A DNA stretch of 64,000 nt from an uncultured Verrucomicrobiae bacterium (GTDB lineage Bacteria > Verrucomicrobiota > Verrucomicrobiia > Chthoniobacterales > Chthoniobacteraceae): positions 1,056,001 through 1,120,000 of the forward strand of contig CAVYKI010000003.1 in the NCBI GenBank assembly GCA_963769025.1. Direction: 5' to 3'. Positions 58,204 to 64,000 of the stretch are shown in pieces. Numbering within the stretch: position 1 is the stretch's first letter; each line of letters opens with the position of its first letter. Under the pieces are notes generated by a model. That model was not told the DNA's origin. It saw nothing but the letters and a program-made list of their open reading frames with translations, and did not search any database. The position numbers and the translations under genes were made by a program.

Positions 58204-59265
58204 TTACTCCTGGTTCACGGCGTCGATCACCCGTCGCAGGCGGCCGAAATTTCTGCGGCGCGGCTGGAAGACGAGGCGCGGGAGGTGCGCGAGATCCGGT
58301 TCGCCGGCTTCCTCGGGCAGAGGGCCGCTTTGCACGAATTTCCCGCTCGCGAACACATCGTCGAACTCCGTGTCCATGTGCTCGATGAGCTGCTGGGAAA
58401 GCGGGCGCTGCAGCCGCATCACGAGCCGGCTGCCGACCCAGCGCGAGCTGTGGAAGTTGTGATAGAAGCGCGCGATGTGCTCGACGGCGCATTCCACCGA
58501 CTCGCAGTGGTGCAGGAAATGGAAATCGTCCGCCGAGATGAGGTGCAGCTTCAGCAGATGGCCGCGGAGGAAATCGAGCCACGTCTGCCAGTAGGTGCCG
58601 CCGGGCTTGTCCACGAGCACGACGGGGAAGATGCGCGCCTTGCCCGTCTGCATGAGCGTGAGCACCTCGAAGCCCTCGTCCATCGTGCCGAAGCCGCCGG
58701 GGAAAAGCGCGATGGCGTGGGTCTCCTTCACGAAATTCAGCTTCCGGGTGAAGAAGTAGTTGAAGCTGATCAGCTTCTTGTCGCCTTCGATCGTCTCGTT
58801 CGCGGACTGCTCGAAGGGCAGCCGGATGTTCAGCCCGAAGCTGTGCTCGCGGCCCGCGCCGCGCTGCGCGGCACCCATGATGCCGTCGCCGCCGCCGGTG
58901 ATGATCATGTATCCGCGCTCGCGCATCGCACGGCCGAAATTTTCCGCCGCCTTGAATTCGTCGGCATCCTCCGGCGTGCGCGCGCTGCCGAAGACCGCGA
59001 CCTTCCGGCGGTCGCGATACGGAGCAAAGACTTTCACCGCGTAGCGCAGTTCCTTCAGCGCGCGGTTGTGCATCTTCAGGTCGGCGACGCTCGTGTGGTC
59101 GCATCCCATCTTGAGCGCGGTGACGATCATCTCCTCGACCAGCTCGCGCGGCTTCTCCGTGTGGATTTCGTCCACGAGCTGCCGGATCTTTTCATCGATC
59201 CGGGGGTCGCCGAACGTGGGGTTGCGGAGTGGGCGGGCGCTCGCGTCGGCGGTGGGGTCTTGCAT
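58204..59265 (-). CDS. LOG family (TIGR00730-like) nucleotide monophosphate hydrolase, long form
   Basis: VFGSAR, ITGGGDGIM, YFFTRK, FPGGFGTMDE. Confidence 0.88.
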   Translation of the reverse strand: MQDPTADASARPLRNPTFGDPRIDEKIRQLVDEIHTEKPRELVEEMIVTALKMGCDHTSVADLKMHNRALKELRYAVKVFAPYRDRRKVAVFGSARTPEDADEFKAAENFGRAMRERGYMIITGGGDGIMGAAQRGAGREHSFGLNIRLPFEQSANETIEGDKKLISFNYFFTRKLNFVKETHAIALFPGGFGTMDEGFEVLTLMQTGKARIFPVVLVDKPGGTYWQTWLDFLRGHLLKLHLISADDFHFLHHCESVECAVEHIARFYHNFHSSRWVGSRLVMRLQRPLSQQLIEHMDTEFDDVFASGKFVQSGPLPEEAGEPDLAHLPRLVFQPRRRNFGRLRRVIDAVNQE

Positions 59266-59502
59266 GAATGTTTGGGATCACCGCCACCCTAGCAGCGTCC
59301 GCGCCGCTTGTGCGCGGGAAAAATGCCGCCGCGTGTTTTCCGAGGTCGTGCCGCGCGGGATGCCGCCAGCGTGTTCATCCGCATGCACGAGCTCCCGAGG
59401 AGCTCCGCAAATGGGATCCTGTCGCCGTAGCTGCCCTGCCTGCAGGCTGGCCAGCCGCTCCCGGACACGCCGGAATTCACGACCGTTTCCGGCGAGGTGC
59501 CT

Positions 59503-60840
59503 TTACAGGCCCAAAACGCGGCTCTTGTCGCGGAAGGCGGCGACCTGCGTGCGGCTGGCGAGCTCGGTGAGGCGTTTGTCCAGGTAGTTCGCGGACTGCG
59601 TGGCTGCCTTGCCGAGGTCGGTCGTGGGGCCGACTTCGGTGGCGATCTGCCGGAGAATCGGCAGTGCCTCGGCGCGCTGCGTGTCGGCGAGCGCCTGCAC
59701 GGCGGCGAGCCGGTAAACCGGATGCGTCTGCGGCTGGAGTGCCCATTTCGGGAGCATGTCGAGAGCGATGTCCGGGTAGAACCGGGCGATGCCGAAGAGC
59801 GCGTAATGCCGGGTGCTCGGGCTGCCCTCGAGCAGTTCATGCTTCCAGAAATCCCATTCGCGATCCTCGCGGATGCCATAGTAGCGCTTCGCGGCCTCGC
59901 GGCTGAGCGGCTCGATCATCGCCTCGATGCGGAGCTGCGGGTCGAGCGCGATCGCACAGGTCTCCATGTTTGCGCCGCAGTCGCGCAGCGCCGCGAGGGC
60001 CTCGAGCAGGTCGGATGTTTCCACGCGGAAGGCGTCCGTGTTGTGCTCGTCGGGGGCAGAGGTCGCAAATTTCGCCAGGGATTTCAGCGGAAGGTTTTCG
60101 GTGAGAGCGAGGACGACGGTCTGCATGGCCTGCGCCGAGATCGCACCGTGCTCGGCGGCCCATTTGAGGAAGCCATCCACGCGATCCGCGGTGTGGTAGG
60201 AGAGCTTGTAGGCCAAATCGCCGACGGTGTTCGAGGAATTGAGCGCGGCGGTCGCGAGGTCCAGCACCACGGTGCGGGCGGGCATGAGTTCGGCGGTGGC
60301 TGCGCGCGTCACCACGACGCGGTTGCGTCCGCCTTCGAGCACCTGGCCCGCGGCGATGCTGACGCGGATGGGCGTCGGGCTGTTGTTGCGGAGCCTCGCG
60401 GTCATCCGTTCGCGACCGTTGCCGCGGAGCGTGGCTTCGATGGTGCCCTGCTGCACCGCTGCGAGGATTTCCGTCTCTTCAAATTCCACCGCAGTCGGCT
60501 TGGCAGGTTCCGCGGACGGCGTCGCCTCCGGCTGCGCGGCTGCGACCATCGGGGCGTCGGGCAATTTCAGGAGATCCGCCGGGCCGGAAGCCACGGGTTC
60601 CGGGAGCGGCTCGGCCGTGGAATCCTTTGGGTGCTGCGGAATCTCCAGCGCGGGTGCCGTAAGCGAGACGAGGTTCGTATCGCGTGCGGTGGACAGGGAA
60701 ACCGCGGCGACCAAGGCCGTCTGCTGAAGGCTGGGAGCGTCCACGGGGATTTGCGGATAGACGAGATTCGCGATGCTGAAGCCGCACCAGCCGACGGCGG
60801 CGGAGAGGAACAATGCACCCAGAGCTTTGGAGGAGTTCAT
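59503..60840 (-). CDS. Hypothetical membrane-anchored protein with C-terminal HEAT-like repeats
   Basis: N-terminal TM, Pro/Ala-rich linker, TRHYALFGIAR / YRLAAVQALAD helical repeats. Confidence 0.7.
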   Translation of the reverse strand: MNSSKALGALFLSAAVGWCGFSIANLVYPQIPVDAPSLQQTALVAAVSLSTARDTNLVSLTAPALEIPQHPKDSTAEPLPEPVASGPADLLKLPDAPMVAAAQPEATPSAEPAKPTAVEFEETEILAAVQQGTIEATLRGNGRERMTARLRNNSPTPIRVSIAAGQVLEGGRNRVVVTRAATAELMPARTVVLDLATAALNSSNTVGDLAYKLSYHTADRVDGFLKWAAEHGAISAQAMQTVVLALTENLPLKSLAKFATSAPDEHNTDAFRVETSDLLEALAALRDCGANMETCAIALDPQLRIEAMIEPLSREAAKRYYGIREDREWDFWKHELLEGSPSTRHYALFGIARFYPDIALDMLPKWALQPQTHPVYRLAAVQALADTQRAEALPILRQIATEVGPTTDLGKAATQSANYLDKRLTELASRTQVAAFRDKSRVLGL

Positions 60841-60853
60841 GCCGCGAAGGAGA

Positions 60854-60870
60854 CGCAGGGGCCGTGCCAG
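60854..60870 (-). promoter_or_regulatory. Putative sigma-54 promoter of the HEAT-like gene
   Basis: Minus strand CTGGCACG-GCCC-CTGCG. Confidence 0.55.
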
Positions 60871-60897
60871 CGGGGCGGTTTTTATCAGCGGCCGCGA

Positions 60898-63800
60898 CTA
60901 CGGCTTTCGCGGGTTCTGGCCACGCGAGGTCCAGCGTCTCACGGTGCGGCGTTCCCGGTATCCGATGAAAGCGACGACGGCGAGAGCGCCGAAAATCGTC
61001 GTCGGCTCCGGGATCGGGACGACTTCGTAAACGCCGCCCCCGCGGTCGAAGGCGATCGCGCCGGGCCCGAACCCCTGAAAGCTGATGTTGCGCAGGAAAT
61101 TCTCGCTGACCGGGCCCGGGCCGATGAGGAATTGATCCGGGTTGTTGGCGGTCGCCGCGGTTCCGGTCCAGTTGGTGACGTTCAGCGTGCCGCCTGTCCA
61201 CGAGGCGGATGAGAATTGGAGCCGGACGTTGTTGCTGGTGCCGAAGTCCATGCTCGAGTCCGCGGCGAGAATCATCGCGCCGAGGTTGTCGCTGTAGCCG
61301 CCGGTTTCGAGTTTGCCGCCGTTCATGATGATGTCGGTGGTCGCCGGGATCTTGTTGGCGCCGCCAAAAAGGAGCGTGCCGCTCGTCAGCCGGACCGTGC
61401 CGGGGTTGAATCCGCCGGCGGCCGAGGGGTTGACGGTGACGGTCTTGGCCGGGTTCGTGAGATTGATGTCCAGCACGCTGCCCGCGCCTCCGCCGGTCAC
61501 CGGGCCGGTGAACGCAATGCTGTTGGAGCCGGTGATGCGGTTGCCTTCGACCGGGTTCACGACCATCGGGTGGGCGAGCACGCGGGCGTCGTTGTTGGAC
61601 GCGAGGGCGCCGCCATTGAACGCGATGGTCTGGTCTGGGCCGGGCGTTCCGAAGGCGAGGTTGTTGCCCGCGACGAGGGTGCCGTCGCTGAGGATCGTGT
61701 TCCCCGTGTAGGTGTTCGCGCCGGCGAGCGTCAGTGAGCCGGAGCCGGTTTTTTCAAGGTCACCGACGCCGGTGATGGTGCCGGTGAAGTTGGAGCTGCT
61801 GCCATTTGCCCCGATGGCGAGCGTGCCACCGCCGGTAAGCTCGGTGCCAAAGGTGATCGTGCCCGCGCCGGAGAGCGAGCCGAGCGTGTCGCTGAAGTCA
61901 TTCAGATCGAGCGTGGCGGTGGCGGCAAGCGACAGGCCGGGGTTGCCGTCGAAGGTGTGGTCGCCCGCGATTTGCAGCGTGCCGTCGTTGACCGCGAGAG
62001 TGCCGGTGAAGGTGTTCGTGCCGCCGAGGACGAACAGGCCCGGGCCGTTCTTGGTGAGGTTTTTGCCGGGGCTGGTCTCGCCGATGCCGCCCACCATCGA
62101 CAGAGTGCTCGCGCTCGCGACGGTGACGGAGGTGTCGCCGGTGAGCAGGATCGCGCCTTCGGAAACATTTTCGCCGGACAGGCTCTGGAGGGCACCCGCG
62201 CCTCCCACGCCGATGCCAGCGAGGAACAGGCTTTCGGAATGGATGTCGATGCCGACGGCACCGGAAAAAATGAGGGAGGCGCCGCTGCGGACGTCGGTTT
62301 CATTCCCGGTGCCGGCGGCTCCGAGGGCGGTGTCGGAACCGACATTCAGCGCGCCGGCCATGACGACGATGCGGCCCTTGAAGGAACTCGCGCCGCTGAG
62401 CGTGAGCGTTCCTGCATCCGTTTTTTGCAGCGTCCCGGTGCCGGAGATTGCGCCGGTGGAAACTGTGTTCCCCGCGCCGCTGACAGTCATCGTGCGCCCG
62501 CTGAGGTCGATGCCGCCATTGAGCGTGAGGGTGGTGCCCGCCGCGGACCCCGTGGTGGCGTCGGCGGTGAACTGAACCGGGCCGGCCCATCCGGCCGCGC
62601 CGGAATCCACACGGAGCGCGCCCGCGCCTGCGCTGCCCATGCCGGCGAGGGAGAGCGGCCCGGTGTTCACGGTGACTCCCGGGGCGAGGACGATCTGCGC
62701 GCCCGCCATGACGAGCGAATCTCCCAGCGCGCGATCGTCGAGGACGAGGATGGTGCCGCCCGCGACAATCAGCGCCCCGGTGAACGCGCTGTCGCCGGAA
62801 AGGCTCCACGTGCCGTTCCCGATTTTTCGGATGCTGCCGGTGCCGGTGATGTCGCCACCGAATGCGAAACTCGTGCTGTCGCCGACGGTCAGCGTGCCCG
62901 AGCCGATGGCGAGCGTGCCTGCTCCGGTGACGACGGCCACGGTCTGGCTGTAGCCGGCGAGATTAAGGCTCGCGCCTGCGGCGATGGTGACCGAGGTCGT
63001 GGCGGGGAGCGCATCCGCCGCGCCGAGCAGGAGTTCGCCACCGGCGATAATCGTCGCGCCGCGGTAGCTGTTCGCGCCGGAGAGGGCGAAAGTTTCACCG
63101 GCGACTTTCACGATTCCGCCCGTGCCGGAGATGACGCCGCCGAAGCTGGAGGCCAGGCCATTGCCGCCGACCGTGAGCGTGCCGCTGCCGAGCGTGAGCG
63201 AACCGGTGCCGGTGAGCGAGCCGAGCGTGGCGCTGAGGCTGTTCAAATCCACGGTGCCCGCGGCGCCGATGTTGACGGCGGATGCGAGCGTGATGCCGGC
63301 GGGATTGGCGAGCCGCAGGGTGCCGCCCTGGACGTTCGTGGCGCCGGTGTAGGTGCCGGGACCGGTGAGCTGCAGGATGCCGGTGCCCGTTTTTGCAAAG
63401 CCATATGCGCCCGAGACCGTGCCGACAGTCGTGGTGCCCGCGGTGACGTTGAAGGTCGCATTTCCCGCGAGGCTTGCAGCGGAAAAGCCGAGGGTCGCAC
63501 CGCCACTCGAGTCGAGCGAGAGGGTCTGCGCGCCGAGGCTGAGATTGCCGAGCGAGAGCAGCGGCGCGCCGGTGGTGAGCGGCGATGCGGCGATGGAACT
63601 GTTGGCGAGCAGCGAGATGGCGTTGCCGAACACGGTGTTCGCATCGGCCCGCAAGCGCAGCGTGCCGCCGGCGAGGGCGACGGAACCGGTGCCGAGCGAG
63701 GCCGTGTTGCGGAGTTCCACCGTGCCGGCGGCGAGCTGGAGGGTGCCGACGAAGCCCGCATTTGCCCCCGCGAGGACGAGTGTGCCCGTGCCGGACTTGT

Positions 63801-64000
63801 TCAGCTGGCCGGAGGCGCCGGCGAGCAATTGGTTTGTGCCGCCGACGGTGAGAGTTTGCGCGGCCGCGACGTCGATGGTGCTTGTGAGCCCGGCCGTCAG
63901 CGTGAACTGCCGCGCGGAGCCCGCGGTGAATGTGCCGGTGATCGCGAGGGTGCCGCCGCTGAGGAAAATGCCGCCGGCGACCGCGCCGAGGCTGGCGTCC
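60898..64000 (-). CDS. Autotransporter-associated beta-strand repeat protein with PEP-CTERM-like sorting signal (5' end outside window)
   Basis: Many K.G.G.L.L.G.N.(Y/F).G...V..G.L repeats; C-terminal IPEPTTIFGALAVVAFIGYRERR; frame stays open to base 64000. Confidence 0.9.
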   Translation of the reverse strand, partial: DASLGAVAGGIFLSGGTLAITGTFTAGSARQFTLTAGLTSTIDVAAAQTLTVGGTNQLLAGASGQLNKSGTGTLVLAGANAGFVGTLQLAAGTVELRNTASLGTGSVALAGGTLRLRADANTVFGNAISLLANSSIAASPLTTGAPLLSLGNLSLGAQTLSLDSSGGATLGFSAASLAGNATFNVTAGTTTVGTVSGAYGFAKTGTGILQLTGPGTYTGATNVQGGTLRLANPAGITLASAVNIGAAGTVDLNSLSATLGSLTGTGSLTLGSGTLTVGGNGLASSFGGVISGTGGIVKVAGETFALSGANSYRGATIIAGGELLLGAADALPATTSVTIAAGASLNLAGYSQTVAVVTGAGTLAIGSGTLTVGDSTSFAFGGDITGTGSIRKIGNGTWSLSGDSAFTGALIVAGGTILVLDDRALGDSLVMAGAQIVLAPGVTVNTGPLSLAGMGSAGAGALRVDSGAAGWAGPVQFTADATTGSAAGTTLTLNGGIDLSGRTMTVSGAGNTVSTGAISGTGTLQKTDAGTLTLSGASSFKGRIVVMAGALNVGSDTALGAAGTGNETDVRSGASLIFSGAVGIDIHSESLFLAGIGVGGAGALQSLSGENVSEGAILLTGDTSVTVASASTLSMVGGIGETSPGKNLTKNGPGLFVLGGTNTFTGTLAVNDGTLQIAGDHTFDGNPGLSLAATATLDLNDFSDTLGSLSGAGTITFGTELTGGGTLAIGANGSSSNFTGTITGVGDLEKTGSGSLTLAGANTYTGNTILSDGTLVAGNNLAFGTPGPDQTIAFNGGALASNNDARVLAHPMVVNPVEGNRITGSNSIAFTGPVTGGGAGSVLDINLTNPAKTVTVNPSAAGGFNPGTVRLTSGTLLFGGANKIPATTDIIMNGGKLETGGYSDNLGAMILAADSSMDFGTSNNVRLQFSSASWTGGTLNVTNWTGTAATANNPDQFLIGPGPVSENFLRNISFQGFGPGAIAFDRGGGVYEVVPIPEPTTIFGALAVVAFIGYRERRTVRRWTSRGQNPRKP

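Noticed and set aside
60898..64000. Classical type V autotransporter
   Set aside because: The C-terminus is a PEP-CTERM-like TM anchor, not a beta-barrel.

Overview
High-GC bacterial chromosome segment. The gene content (PQQ-like beta-propeller proteins, PEP-CTERM autotransporter-repeat protein, planctomycete-type cytochrome c domain, PUR-family protein) points to the PVC superphylum, most likely Verrucomicrobiota (inference). About 55 CDSs: housekeeping (gcvT/gcvH, pyrD, cysH, trpS, rnc, tyrA-aroA-cmk-plsC, xerC, efp, infC, tlyA-nadK, mrp), an ExbB-ExbD-TPR module, a sugar-catabolic cluster (FGGY kinase, TIM-barrel epimerase, ALDH, DeoC), an aquaporin-arsC pair, and an Rrf2-led sulfonate-type ABC/M14 hydrolase/porin operon. 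One intact IS5-family element, two families of GTAG-type REP palindromes and heptamer repeats. No CRISPR, rRNA or tRNA seen. Best candidate for an uncharacterised system: the operon at 34675-41506 (two exported beta-propellers + MFS + GriC/EhpF-like adenylating enzyme). Its 3' half carries about 12 frameshifts that look like sequencing artefacts. Other leads: an in-frame TGA separating aquaporin and ArsC, two candidate structured RNAs, a leaderless 21-aa membrane peptide, near-leaderless sigma-54 promoters, non-canonical starts (infC, tlyA) and an EF-P with Asn at the modifiable tip. All family calls come from motif recognition by eye, not database searches.
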